57,911 bases of DNA from Candidatus Heimdallarchaeota archaeon (lineage in GTDB: Archaea > Asgardarchaeota > Heimdallarchaeia > Heimdallarchaeales > JAJRWK01): NCBI GenBank assembly GCA_027001645.1, contig JALTMP010000185.1:1-57911 (forward strand), in the 5' to 3' direction. A program made the position numbers and the translations under genes. Below, piece by piece: positions 1 through 9,071 of the stretch. Positions within the stretch are counted from its first letter, which is position 1. Every line of letters begins with the position of its first letter. Under the pieces are notes generated by a model. The model saw nothing but the letters and a program-made list of their open reading frames with translations. It made no database searches and was not told the DNA's origin.

Positions 1-864
1 AGTGAATGGTTTGAATATTCTCCCCTTCTTTCTGTTTACGTTTGTGAAGAAATAATACAAACCTAAGGATGTAAGTAATGCCCCATCCAGTCTAGATAAC
101 CCTTGTTCGAACACAACTCTTCGCATTGACTGGCTCATATCAACTACCAAGTAGATTAAGGAAACTCTGTCTTTGTCTAGGACTCTTATGTCATCTTGGT
201 CGATGCTTTCAGGAGGAACTCTCGTAGAAGAGATTGCTGCGGCTTTGTACGTTTGCAAGGGTAGAACTTTTCCTAATGGTTTTGACGTTACACCATGGAG
301 CGGTTGAAGGGCACTTTGCTTAGCTAGGAATGAGCCGAGGATGGATCCCAAAAATTCAATGACTTCGTCTTTTTTCACTCGTCGCCTATTTCCAAAGCTA
401 TCTACGATCTCTAAATCTGTGATTTCCTGTAATCTATTCAGTATTCTTCTTGCTCCTCGTATGTTTCCGTATTCTTCTTGTAATCCTTGCAAATGCCTTT
501 GAATGAATTTCCGGATGTCTTCTTCTGTTAAAAGTTTATCCTGAGTGACTAGTTCTAGCGCTTCTGGTAATGCCGTGGCACTCATGTAGCGCAAAACCTT
601 GAGGGTTTCAAGCAGTTCTTCTTCTTGTTCTTGGCTGAGAGCATTATACATCAATTTTTGTGAAATTGTCTCAATTGCTAATTGTGCCTCGGTCATCAAA
701 GCCACAACAATGCCTTCGCGGATTCCTCTCGCTTTGACTGGATTTCTCCAAGCCTGTAGGAGTTTAGCCGCATCTGCGAACGACAGATCTAGTTGCCACT
801 GGTCGAATGCGAAGAGTGGGTTTGGTAATGATCCCGAAGATATTTCCTTAATTCTGTGTGGCAT
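1..864 (-). CDS. VWA (von Willebrand factor A) domain protein, 3' end cut by window edge
   Basis: Absent from the ORF track because it runs off the window. My translation from the ATG at 864 (MPHRIKEISSGSLPNP...) stays open for all 288 codons down to base 1. It ends in ...DRVSLIYLVVDMSQSMRR, a DxSxS MIDAS motif that opens a VWA fold. It lies 25 nt downstream of the AAA+ gene on the same strand. Confidence 0.7.
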   Translation of the reverse strand, partial: MPHRIKEISSGSLPNPLFAFDQWQLDLSFADAAKLLQAWRNPVKARGIREGIVVALMTEAQLAIETISQKLMYNALSQEQEEELLETLKVLRYMSATALPEALELVTQDKLLTEEDIRKFIQRHLQGLQEEYGNIRGARRILNRLQEITDLEIVDSFGNRRRVKKDEVIEFLGSILGSFLAKQSALQPLHGVTSKPLGKVLPLQTYKAAAISSTRVPPESIDQDDIRVLDKDRVSLIYLVVDMSQSMRRVVFEQGLSRLDGALLTSLGLYYFFTNVNRKKGRIFKPFT

Positions 865-889
865 AGCCCCTTGTCTCCAGTTTTTTGCC

Positions 890-2500
890 TTATTGCATGA
901 ACTCTAACGATAGGAGCTGTTCGTAACTGGGTCGAAGGAGTTCAACGACCTTCTTCTTGAGGTCCGCATCTAGCTCTTTCAGACCTTCATAAGAAATGAT
1001 GATTTCGTCCAACTGTTCAGGGGTTAGGCTTGTTAAGCGATCTAGATCTGCGCTTACATCCTCTACGCTAATGCTTAGCTTGCCTTCTCTGATGTGAGCT
1101 CGCAAGCTCATTTTTAATGCTTGCAAAGCATCGTTAACGTATCTAGTATCTATGTCGTAATTGTCAAGGGTTGCTCTGACAGAATCTAAGGTTATTATTT
1201 TTGCATCGTCAAACGCGGGTTCTGCTCGAATAACGATTTCCCCGATTGCGTTATTAAGAGTTCTTAAGTCGATATGTGGCGTCTTTTGTGGGTTATGGAT
1301 TTCTTCTAACGCCGCATAGAATTCGGCTCTTGCTTTCCTGCTTTCTGCTCTCGTAACATTTTCCGCCTGCAGGCCTTGAGGAATAGATTCGCTTGCGACG
1401 TGGGCAATAAACTCAACCGCTAGTCTGGAAACTACGTCTTTCCTGTCTGTTCCAGCTAATTCAAATAATCTAATTACTGAGGGGTTAGGCGGAACATGTT
1501 GTCTTGAGACCACAATGTGATCCCTAAACATGTCTGCGACAATTTTAATCCGTTCGCCTACTGACCTCGCTGGCCACAGAACTTCTGGAACTCTGTTAAT
1601 GATTGGTTGAGATTCTTCACCAAAAACAGTTAATGGCGCATTGGAAGTGAAAATAATGGCACCATCAACATATATCGTTTGGCCGAGAAGATTATATTTT
1701 ATGCCTTGTGGGTCTTCTAGGAATCCCATAAGCGCCTCGAGCAATGATAATGGAAGTCTTTGGATCTCGTTTACAACCATAAAGCCTTGAGAAAGAACTC
1801 CAACTTTGTGTGCTGCAGGGTTGAATGTTTCTTTTGTCTCACCTCCTAAAAGAACTTCGAGGTTTTCAACACCTGCAATAAGCATGTACAAACTCTCTGG
1901 ATCTGTTCTAGGGTCAATTTGAGCCCGTCGAACGATTGTTTTCTCAACCGGGACTTTTTCGAGGGCTACGGGGATCTTTTTTCCCACTTTCATGATTTCT
2001 TCGATATTATCAACACTAACTTCGGAACTGATTTCCTCCCCTAAGATTCCCTCAATCGTTCTTCTGCAATAAGGACATAGAGATTGTAGCACGGAAACAC
2101 TTGCGAAGGGATTGGCCTTAATGTTGTTGATAACTTCTATCACGTAATACGCGTCTTCAAGGAATGGACAACCAGCAATGTGGTATTTTTTCTGGTTCAC
2201 GTCAGATACAATGTAATCCAGGAGCAACCTTGCGAACAAAGTTTTTGCTTCACCCGTTGGGCCCGTGAGTAGAACTTTTCCTCCTACTGCAAGTTTATCC
2301 ATAACGAGTTCTTTTACTCTATCATTCCCTCTGACTCCCTTATCCTCCAAAACTCTTTGTCTAAACTCTGGATCTGTAAGGATATCTCTGACTGTACAGC
2401 CTTTGTATCCTTGCTGAATAAGATCTTTCACTGTCTTCTTCATAGTACTCTCAAAATAGAGCGAGGCTTTGTTAATTTTAAGCATTGTTTTTTCACTCAT
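890..2500 (-). CDS. AAA+ ATPase of the ChlI/BchI-MoxR clade with a Cys-containing insert
   Basis: Walker A is VLLTGPTGEAKT, Walker B-like is FMVVNEIQRLP, sensor-1 is IIFTSNAP. A roughly 160-aa insert between Walker A and B carries GCPFLED...LCPYCRR, resembling the ChlI-type Cys motif. The ORF extends to a GTG at 2563; the ATG at 2500 (MSEKTMLKI) is an alternative, so the start is uncertain. Confidence 0.7.
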   Translation of the reverse strand: MSEKTMLKINKASLYFESTMKKTVKDLIQQGYKGCTVRDILTDPEFRQRVLEDKGVRGNDRVKELVMDKLAVGGKVLLTGPTGEAKTLFARLLLDYIVSDVNQKKYHIAGCPFLEDAYYVIEVINNIKANPFASVSVLQSLCPYCRRTIEGILGEEISSEVSVDNIEEIMKVGKKIPVALEKVPVEKTIVRRAQIDPRTDPESLYMLIAGVENLEVLLGGETKETFNPAAHKVGVLSQGFMVVNEIQRLPLSLLEALMGFLEDPQGIKYNLLGQTIYVDGAIIFTSNAPLTVFGEESQPIINRVPEVLWPARSVGERIKIVADMFRDHIVVSRQHVPPNPSVIRLFELAGTDRKDVVSRLAVEFIAHVASESIPQGLQAENVTRAESRKARAEFYAALEEIHNPQKTPHIDLRTLNNAIGEIVIRAEPAFDDAKIITLDSVRATLDNYDIDTRYVNDALQALKMSLRAHIREGKLSISVEDVSADLDRLTSLTPEQLDEIIISYEGLKELDADLKKKVVELLRPSYEQLLSLEFMQ

Positions 2501-2727
2501 AGAAAAAAAAAGGGGAAAGGACCCTTCGTTTTGTTCACTTCTGTCAGAATCGTAATGAAACACTCATTCCCTAAGCTTTTAGCTAAATCTAAGATCTGTT
2601 TTACCCTTACATGGCTGAAACACTTCTAAGGAGTGAGCTCATTTAAAAACGGCTATGTTAGTGACTTCACCGGGGAACCCAATTCGTAACTTTGAACAAT
2701 TTATTTTGTTCAGAGAAGAAGCACTAT

Positions 2728-3708
2728 TTACGAAACTCCCTGAAGTACAATAAATACTCCAATTACGGTTAGAAGCCCCCCAATAATTATCAAGACTAAG
2801 TAATTCAGCCTTTTTGCTCTGCTTGTTTGTCTTTGTGATACCCCCGCTGTTTCTGTTACGCCATAAAGTGCAAACATCAAGCCACATGAAAAATCAATTG
2901 CTAAAATATTAAGCAAGACGATGATCCCTGCTTTGATAGCGAGATCCATATGTCCCTGTGCTAACAACAATCCCATATTTACAGCTGGAGGAGCCAAGGA
3001 TGCAGCTATTGCAACTCCAACAATTGATAGATCCATTCCTCTGGAAATAATCACACCTGCTGCCGCTCCGCTAAATACAGCAAACCAAAATACATCCGGA
3101 GAAAGAACTGCTCTGATAAGCATTTCATGGGTTGGTTCTTGTCTCGTTGGTAGCATGAGTCCTACAACAAGTCCAAGAATCACAGAGAGAAAAAGGCCCG
3201 CGATTTCTGCAATAATTCCGTCTTTCAGTATTCCTTCTTCAGGATAGATAAGTCCCGCTGCAGTTAATGCTATTGGCCCCATGAGGGGAGCAACTATCAT
3301 TGAAGCGATGATTGTAACAACACTATCGTAATATAGTCCAAGTGATGCTAGAACAGCGGCGAGACCTGTAAGAAGCAGATACGTTGGTGATATGGTAGCA
3401 TTTCCTCTAAGACTTCCTAGTATTTCCTCAACATTTACTCCTAATCTCGAAGGAAGGTCATCACTGGTTTGTTCCCCGCTTTCAACGATTATAACGTTAT
3501 TAATGATTATGGATCCAAACGCAGAACCGATTCCTCTTTTTTTTGCTTCACTTACTAAGGCGTTAACTTTTTCGCTTGTTACCCAGATAAGACAGAGTAA
3601 TGTGTCGCTTTTGCTTTCGAGAATAAATGCTGAGATCTTAAAATCATCAATTAGGTCATTTAGAGCGTCTTCGTGCTTTTTGGGAAGGAGAAGTTTGACT
3701 TCTTTCAT
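2728..3708 (-). CDS. DUF389/TIGR00341-like polytopic membrane protein
   Basis: A soluble N-terminal domain of about 100 aa is followed by multiple hydrophobic helices. The motif IASMIVAPLMGPIALTAAG is typical of the DUF389 hydrophobic domain as I recall it. Confidence 0.55.
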   Translation of the reverse strand: MKEVKLLLPKKHEDALNDLIDDFKISAFILESKSDTLLCLIWVTSEKVNALVSEAKKRGIGSAFGSIIINNVIIVESGEQTSDDLPSRLGVNVEEILGSLRGNATISPTYLLLTGLAAVLASLGLYYDSVVTIIASMIVAPLMGPIALTAAGLIYPEEGILKDGIIAEIAGLFLSVILGLVVGLMLPTRQEPTHEMLIRAVLSPDVFWFAVFSGAAAGVIISRGMDLSIVGVAIAASLAPPAVNMGLLLAQGHMDLAIKAGIIVLLNILAIDFSCGLMFALYGVTETAGVSQRQTSRAKRLNYLVLIIIGGLLTVIGVFIVLQGVS

Positions 3709-3734
3709 GCTCTTCTGATGCTCTTTTTTCCTAG

Positions 3735-3741
3735 TATATAA
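3735..3741 (-). promoter_or_regulatory. Candidate archaeal TATA box for the DUF389-like gene (near-leaderless transcript)
   Basis: The minus strand reads TTATATA, centred about 30 nt upstream of the ATG at 3708. This matches the archaeal -26/-27 TATA spacing if the mRNA is nearly leaderless. Confidence 0.3.
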
Positions 3742-3842
3742 TACTGGCTTAAAGTTAGTGTATTCATTAGAAAAGACGAGACGTTTAATAATTGGCCTTA
3801 ATCTTTGTAAAAATTATTCGGAGTTTGAATTCAACTGAACAA

Positions 3843-4151
3843 TTAGGCTAATTCAACTTCGATACGTATGTCTTCCGGTACTTGAATCCGCATGAGTAAT
3901 CTCATTGCTTTTTCCTCTGCATCAATATCGATCACACGCTTGTGAATCCGCAGTTCCCAGTGATCCCAAGTGTTTGTTCCATTTCCACAAGGACTCTTTC
4001 TAACTGGAATGATCACTTTTTTGGTTGGTAGGGGAATAGGGCCTCTCATGCGAACTCCTGTGCGCTCAGATATCTTTTTCAGTTCGTCACAGACTTGATT
4101 GAGGACTTTGGGATTGGTTCCTAGTAATCTTATGCGTGCTCGCTGTACCAT
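3843..4151 (-). CDS. rps10: 30S ribosomal protein uS10
   Basis: [45 protein letters not shown]... is the canonical S10 N-terminus and core. The longer ORF (to 4229) starts at a TTG and would add 26 non-homologous residues. Confidence 0.9.
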   Translation of the reverse strand: MVQRARIRLLGTNPKVLNQVCDELKKISERTGVRMRGPIPLPTKKVIIPVRKSPCGNGTNTWDHWELRIHKRVIDIDAEEKAMRLLMRIQVPEDIRIEVELA

Positions 4152-4295
4152 CTTTCCACACCGATCTATTCCAGTTTCCACTAGTCTTTGATTTAACTCT
4201 ATCGTTAGAAGTCTAGTTTCGTTAGTCAATTGCTCTAGCTATAAATTAATTGCGAGGGGAGGGGAGGTTATCAGTTGTGTCAAATAATAGGTTTT

Positions 4296-7025
4296 CTAGT
4301 TTTGGTTGTCCCTAAGCGCAGCTTGAGCTGCGGCCAAGCGAGCTACAGGAACTCGATAGGGGGAACAAGATACATAGTCAAGCCCAATCTTGTGACAGAA
4401 CTCTATGCTTGCAGGATCTCCTCCGTGTTCCCCGCAGATTCCTAGTTTCACATCGGGTCTAATCTTACGGGCGTTTTCGACACAGATCTGCATTAAGCGA
4501 CCAACGCCATTCTGATCAATTGAAATGAATGGGTCGTTATCAATGATTCCGTGTTCTAGATAGTATGGCAAGAATTTTCCAGCGTCATCCCTTGAAATGC
4601 CTAATGTCATTTGGTGAAGGTCGTTTGTTCCAAAACTAAAGAATTCGGCTCCATCTTCACCGCTAACAATTTCCTCTGGAGCGAGCGCAGCTCTTGGAAC
4701 CTCAATCATTGTTCCGACCCTGTAGTCAATTGTTGCGTTTCGTTCTTCCATGACTTGCTTAGCTGTTTCATCAATGATTTTACGTGAGAGTTTGAATTCC
4801 TTTGGAAATCCGACCAAAGGCACCATGATTTCTGGGTGGACCTCGATTCCTTTTGCTTGAACATTTAGCGCTGCTTCGATGATTGCTCTGGTTTGCATTC
4901 TGATTATTCCTGGCATAGTTAATCCTAATCTGCATCCTCGTAAGCCAAGCATTGGGTTAGCTTCTTTCAAGTCTCTAACTCTTTGTAGCATCTTTGTGAG
5001 TTTCTGTAGTTGTTCGCTTTCGTCCCCTTTTGCTTTCAGCTCTTCAATGTGCTTGATTATTTCTTCCTCCTTTGGAAGGAATTCATGCAAAGGCGGGTCA
5101 ATCAATCGGATCGTAATGGGTTTTCCTTTCGCTACTTCAAATAATCCTTCGAAATCGGTTCTTTGAAATTCGAGCAACTTGGATAAGAATTGTTCTCGCT
5201 CTTCTTCTGTTTCTGCCAAAATCATGTCTTGAACAATTGGCAATCTCTCCTTTTCAAAGAATTGATGCTCTGTTCGCGCAAGTCCTGTCCCCACAGCTTT
5301 GAATTGAAATGCGATGGCAGTGTCTTCGGGTTTGTCGGCATTAGTACGAACCTTTAATCGAGCGACCTTGTCCGCCCAGTTGAGTACTTCATTAAGTTCT
5401 GGAGGCATTTCCGCAATACTCGCAATGGGAAGTCTGCCGATATAGATTGTTCCATCAAATCCATCAACAGTTATCCATTCACCTTCCTTGAGCTTTTCAC
5501 CACTCTTGCCGACCAAATAGAATTCTCCATTACTCTTTCTGATTCTGAGCCCTGAAGCTTCTGATCCAACAACACAAGTTCTTCCGATCTGTCTTGAAAC
5601 GATTGCTGCATGAGATGTTATTCCTCCTCGAATTGTCAAGATCGCAGTTGAAGCGACCATTCCATGGAAGTCTTCTGGGCTTGTTTCGTCTCTTACTAAG
5701 ACAATGGAAAGATCAGGATTTTCTTTTTTCATCTTCTCTGCTTTATCACTATCAAAAACAATGATTCCTGTAGCTGCTCCCGGTCCCGCGGGCAATCCCT
5801 TTCCAATTGGAGGTGCTACCTTTATTTCTCCGTTTTCAACGTAAGTTTTTCTTTTTGGGTTCTCCCACGAGACTCTGGGAAACATACAGAACTCGACATC
5901 TTGTGGCGTGATTCTCAACAAGGCTTCGTCTTTCGTTATGAGGCCTTCAATTGCCATGTCATGACCTATTTTGACTGCTGCAAGACCCGTGCGTTTGCCA
6001 TTTCGTGTCTGAAGGATGTACAGTTTTCCTTTCATAATTGTAAATTCAATGTCTTGCATGTCTTTGAAGTGTTGTTCAAGTTTAGTAGCAATTTCGAGTA
6101 GCTCCTCATAGATTCCGGGGAACATTTCGTGGAGTCTTGAGATTGGGAAGGGTGTTCTGATACCGGCTACAACATCTTCTCCCTGAGCGTTTGGTAGGAA
6201 TTCACCATACAATTCTTTGTTGCCGTTACTGGGGTTTCTGGTGAAGCAAACTCCTGTTCCTGAATCGTCTCCCATATTCCCAAATACCATCATTTGAACA
6301 TTCACAGCTGTGCCTAGGTCGTGAGGAATTCCGTGAAAATTCCTATAGTCAATGGCGCGTTTGTTATTCCATGATTTAATCACGGCTTCAATGGCCATCC
6401 ATAATTGCTGATGGGGATCCTCAGGGAACTCTTCTCCCGTTTCTTGCTTGTAGATGCCTTTGAATTCCTTTACTAATTCCTTTAATCCTTCAGCACTGAT
6501 TTCGTAGTCATACTGGACATTCTGTTGTTTCTTCTTCTCCTCAAGCTTATCATGGAATAACTCCATGGATACATTCATCACGACGTTTCCAAACATTTGA
6601 ATGAATCTTCGATATGAGTCCCACGCAAATCGTTCGTCATTTGTTTCTTTTGCCAACCCGTTGACGCATTCTTCGTTGAGCCCCAGATTCAAGATAGTAT
6701 CCATCATTCCAGGCATTGAAATTTTTGCTCCAGACCTTACTGAAACAAGAAGTGGGGAATTCGGGTCGCCAAATTTTCGACCGGCTTTCTCTTCTAGCCT
6801 CTCGAGTGCCTTTTTTACTTGCTCTCTAAGTTCTTCTGGATATTTTTCGCCATGTGCATAATAATATCTACAAACTTCAGTTGTAATTGTGAATCCAGGA
6901 GGTACCGGAATTCCCATTCGGGTCATTTCAGATAGGTTTGCACCTTTTCCTCCTAGCAAGCCTTTCATGTCCTTGGAGCCCTCACCAAAGAACATTACGT
7001 ATTTTGCTGTTTCTTGCTCTGTCAT
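4296..7025 (-). CDS. ppdK: Pyruvate, phosphate dikinase
   Basis: GGKGANLSEMTRMGIPVPPGFTITTE forms the ATP-grasp N-terminus. GGITSHAAIVSRQIG is the phospho-His swivel domain. FFSFGTNDLHQMTLG...GICGEHGGDP is the PEP-utilising C-terminus. The ATG at 7025 (MTEQETAKYV) is preferred over the TTG at 7043. Confidence 0.93.
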   Translation of the reverse strand: MTEQETAKYVMFFGEGSKDMKGLLGGKGANLSEMTRMGIPVPPGFTITTEVCRYYYAHGEKYPEELREQVKKALERLEEKAGRKFGDPNSPLLVSVRSGAKISMPGMMDTILNLGLNEECVNGLAKETNDERFAWDSYRRFIQMFGNVVMNVSMELFHDKLEEKKKQQNVQYDYEISAEGLKELVKEFKGIYKQETGEEFPEDPHQQLWMAIEAVIKSWNNKRAIDYRNFHGIPHDLGTAVNVQMMVFGNMGDDSGTGVCFTRNPSNGNKELYGEFLPNAQGEDVVAGIRTPFPISRLHEMFPGIYEELLEIATKLEQHFKDMQDIEFTIMKGKLYILQTRNGKRTGLAAVKIGHDMAIEGLITKDEALLRITPQDVEFCMFPRVSWENPKRKTYVENGEIKVAPPIGKGLPAGPGAATGIIVFDSDKAEKMKKENPDLSIVLVRDETSPEDFHGMVASTAILTIRGGITSHAAIVSRQIGRTCVVGSEASGLRIRKSNGEFYLVGKSGEKLKEGEWITVDGFDGTIYIGRLPIASIAEMPPELNEVLNWADKVARLKVRTNADKPEDTAIAFQFKAVGTGLARTEHQFFEKERLPIVQDMILAETEEEREQFLSKLLEFQRTDFEGLFEVAKGKPITIRLIDPPLHEFLPKEEEIIKHIEELKAKGDESEQLQKLTKMLQRVRDLKEANPMLGLRGCRLGLTMPGIIRMQTRAIIEAALNVQAKGIEVHPEIMVPLVGFPKEFKLSRKIIDETAKQVMEERNATIDYRVGTMIEVPRAALAPEEIVSGEDGAEFFSFGTNDLHQMTLGISRDDAGKFLPYYLEHGIIDNDPFISIDQNGVGRLMQICVENARKIRPDVKLGICGEHGGDPASIEFCHKIGLDYVSCSPYRVPVARLAAAQAALRDNQN

Positions 7026-7090
7026 TCTATTCACCACATTCAAAGTGCGGGATAAGTCAATTGCATGTTCGTAACATCTATCTTAAGAGT

Positions 7091-7104
7091 GTGACGTACG
7101 TCAC
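7091..7104. promoter_or_regulatory. Perfect 14-nt palindrome GTGACGTACGTCAC upstream of ppdK
   Basis: Read directly from the sequence. It lies about 65-80 nt upstream of the ppdK ATG and just downstream of the nuoD terminator hairpin. It is a candidate dimeric transcription-factor site. Confidence 0.3.
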
Positions 7105-7116
7105 CATTCTTCAATG

Positions 7117-7140
7117 AAAAAAAGAACAATGTGTGTTCTT
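7117..7140 (-). terminator. Hairpin plus T-tract terminator after nuoD
   Basis: The minus strand reads AAGAACA-cacat-TGTTCTT (7-bp stem) running straight into TTTTT. It sits about 130 nt downstream of the nuoD stop. Confidence 0.45.
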
Positions 7141-7272
7141 CACTTTTCCCTTTTTGGTGTATTATATGTACATAAATGCTTCATACGCGTGTAATATTTC
7201 AGAAATTAAACATATTTCTGCACTTTTGCTCTGCTTATCTTAAAAAATGAGGAGAGGAATGTGAAAGAAATT

Positions 7273-8391
7273 TTAGCGATCAAGATCGCCTACGCAAATA
7301 TCGATGGTTCCCATAATCGCTGGAATGTCGGCAAGCTTTTGATTCTTTATTAGTTTTGGAAGGACGTAAAGATTCTGAAAGGTTGGGCTCTGGATTCGCA
7401 CTCGTCGGGGTTGAGGAGTTCCGTCGCTTTCCAAGTAGAATCCTGCTTCTCCCCTGCCTGCTTCGATTCTTCGATATACCCTTTTGCCCTTTTCAGGGCG
7501 TCTCGGGAGTTTTTCAATATTTACGGGGTCACTATCTCTGAATTCATTATACCAATCGAGGGCTTGATAGATTATTTTAATGGATTCTTGCATTTCATCC
7601 AAACGTAGACGGTATCGGGCATATGAATCTCCCGTATTTCTTGTTATGACTTTGAATTTCATTCTTTCGTATCCCCAGTAGGGATCAATTTTTCGGATAT
7701 CATATGCGACACCACTTGCTCTCAATACTGGTCCCGTTACTCCCCATTCAATGGCTTGCTCTTTTGTCATGATCCCGACTCCTTCAGTTCGCATCCGCCA
7801 AACCTGAGATTCATCAAGCATGTCGAGAAATTCTCCATGTTTGAGCTGAAAGTCTTCAAGAGTTCGTTCCAAAGCGGATCCGAATCCTGGGGGCAAATCT
7901 TGGGATACACCACCAATTCTGGCATAGTTATAGGTCATTCGGGCACCAGTAATTAATTCTAATAATTTGATAAGATACTCTCTTGCGTTCATCGGGTAGA
8001 TGAGCATTGTGAGCTGTCCCAAGTCTGCAGCCATCGCTGCGAGCCACAGGCTATGACTCGCCAACCTCTGAATTTCATGAGTTAGAATCCTAATTGCATT
8101 GGCCTTTTCTGGGGCCTCGACTCCAAAAACGCCTTCTGCTGCCCATGCATAAGGCATGGAATAATTCATCGATTCTACGTAGCATAATCGATCCGCAATT
8201 GGGATCCCTTGGTGGTATTGTCTGTTTTGTAGGAGTTTCTCGTAACCTCTATGCAGATATCCCAACTGAGCGTCTGCGTCGAGGACCGTTTCTCCATCGA
8301 TTGTGAGTCTCATTGCCCACAAACCATGCATTGAGGGGTGCTGTGGCCCCATGAAAAGATTCATTTCTGTTTTTTCCGACATTTTTTTCAC
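7273..8391 (-). CDS. nuoD: NuoD / group-4 hydrogenase large-subunit-like protein
   Basis: Motifs present are MGPQHPSMHG, LGYLHRGYEKL, EIQRLASHSLWL, GPVLRASG and the C-terminal DICVGDLDR. Only two of the four NiFe Cys positions are retained (see findings). Confidence 0.85.
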   Translation of the reverse strand: MKKMSEKTEMNLFMGPQHPSMHGLWAMRLTIDGETVLDADAQLGYLHRGYEKLLQNRQYHQGIPIADRLCYVESMNYSMPYAWAAEGVFGVEAPEKANAIRILTHEIQRLASHSLWLAAMAADLGQLTMLIYPMNAREYLIKLLELITGARMTYNYARIGGVSQDLPPGFGSALERTLEDFQLKHGEFLDMLDESQVWRMRTEGVGIMTKEQAIEWGVTGPVLRASGVAYDIRKIDPYWGYERMKFKVITRNTGDSYARYRLRLDEMQESIKIIYQALDWYNEFRDSDPVNIEKLPRRPEKGKRVYRRIEAGRGEAGFYLESDGTPQPRRVRIQSPTFQNLYVLPKLIKNQKLADIPAIMGTIDICVGDLDR

Positions 8392-8396
8392 CTACC

Positions 8397-8900
8397 TTAG
8401 AACTTCTTTTGATAATAGTCGGGGTCAAAATCTTCGGGTTTTCTGAAACGTGGGCGCTTGTAAATGTAATCTTCGCGGAGTGGATATCCATCCCAGTCTT
8501 CTGGCAGGTAAATCCGGCGTAGGTCGGGATGTCCTTCAAACAAGACTCCTAGCAGATCAAAGGTCTCTCTTTCAAACCATTCAAAGCCATTCCACATTCT
8601 GGTCATTGAGGTAATAACTGGGTTATCACGATTGACCTTTGTTGTCAGTCCCACAAGCAGGGGTGCATCCATTCGGCCAACATAATAGATAAGTTCAATT
8701 ATCCCCTCGTCTGGGCGGTCTGTACCGATTAACATGTCGGGGTAATTAAACCCAAGTTCATGTTTGACATATGATGCTAGTTCCACTAGATTTTCTTGAT
8801 CTACTTCGACATGAACTCGATTGGCACTTATGAGCTCCGCACTCAGGATCTTCTCGCCAAAGTGGCCTTTTACTTTATCGATGAACTCGTCTGGTTCCAT
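8397..8900 (-). CDS. nuoC: NuoC (30-kDa subunit)-like protein
   Basis: WNGFEWFERETFDLLGVLFEGHPDLRRIYLPEDWDGYPLREDY is the NuoC signature. The ATG at 8900 (MEPDEFIDKV) is preceded by GGAGTGG; the ORF extends to 8999. It ends 5 nt upstream of nuoD. Confidence 0.85.
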   Translation of the reverse strand: MEPDEFIDKVKGHFGEKILSAELISANRVHVEVDQENLVELASYVKHELGFNYPDMLIGTDRPDEGIIELIYYVGRMDAPLLVGLTTKVNRDNPVITSMTRMWNGFEWFERETFDLLGVLFEGHPDLRRIYLPEDWDGYPLREDYIYKRPRFRKPEDFDPDYYQKKF

Positions 8901-9071
8901 ATTTTCCACTCCTTGACAAATGTGGTGATTTAGAGTTCCTACCAATAGGTTAAGCATCTTGCTTATAAGTTGTTGCAATGTCTGAGAGTTGATTTTCACT
9001 AATCTTTCAAAAGTCTACGTCAAAAAGTAGCAATTTGATACGAACGCAAAAAGACTCTCGGACGTGCTACC

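Noticed and set aside
599-907. Plus-strand ORF of 102 aa. The same applies to the many other 60-170-aa ORFs in the track that lie antisense to long, well-supported genes, for example 2357-2629, 2921-3247, 3392-3718, 4879-5166, 17434-21987 (several), 31733-32086, 34030-34395, 36467-36973, 37292-37681, 44849-45241, 46681-47080 and 57029-57418.
   Set aside because: They are shadow ORFs inside, and opposite to, genes with strong family-level evidence. They have low-complexity, Ser/Leu/Phe/Cys-rich compositions, no recognisable motifs, and many use alternative start codons.
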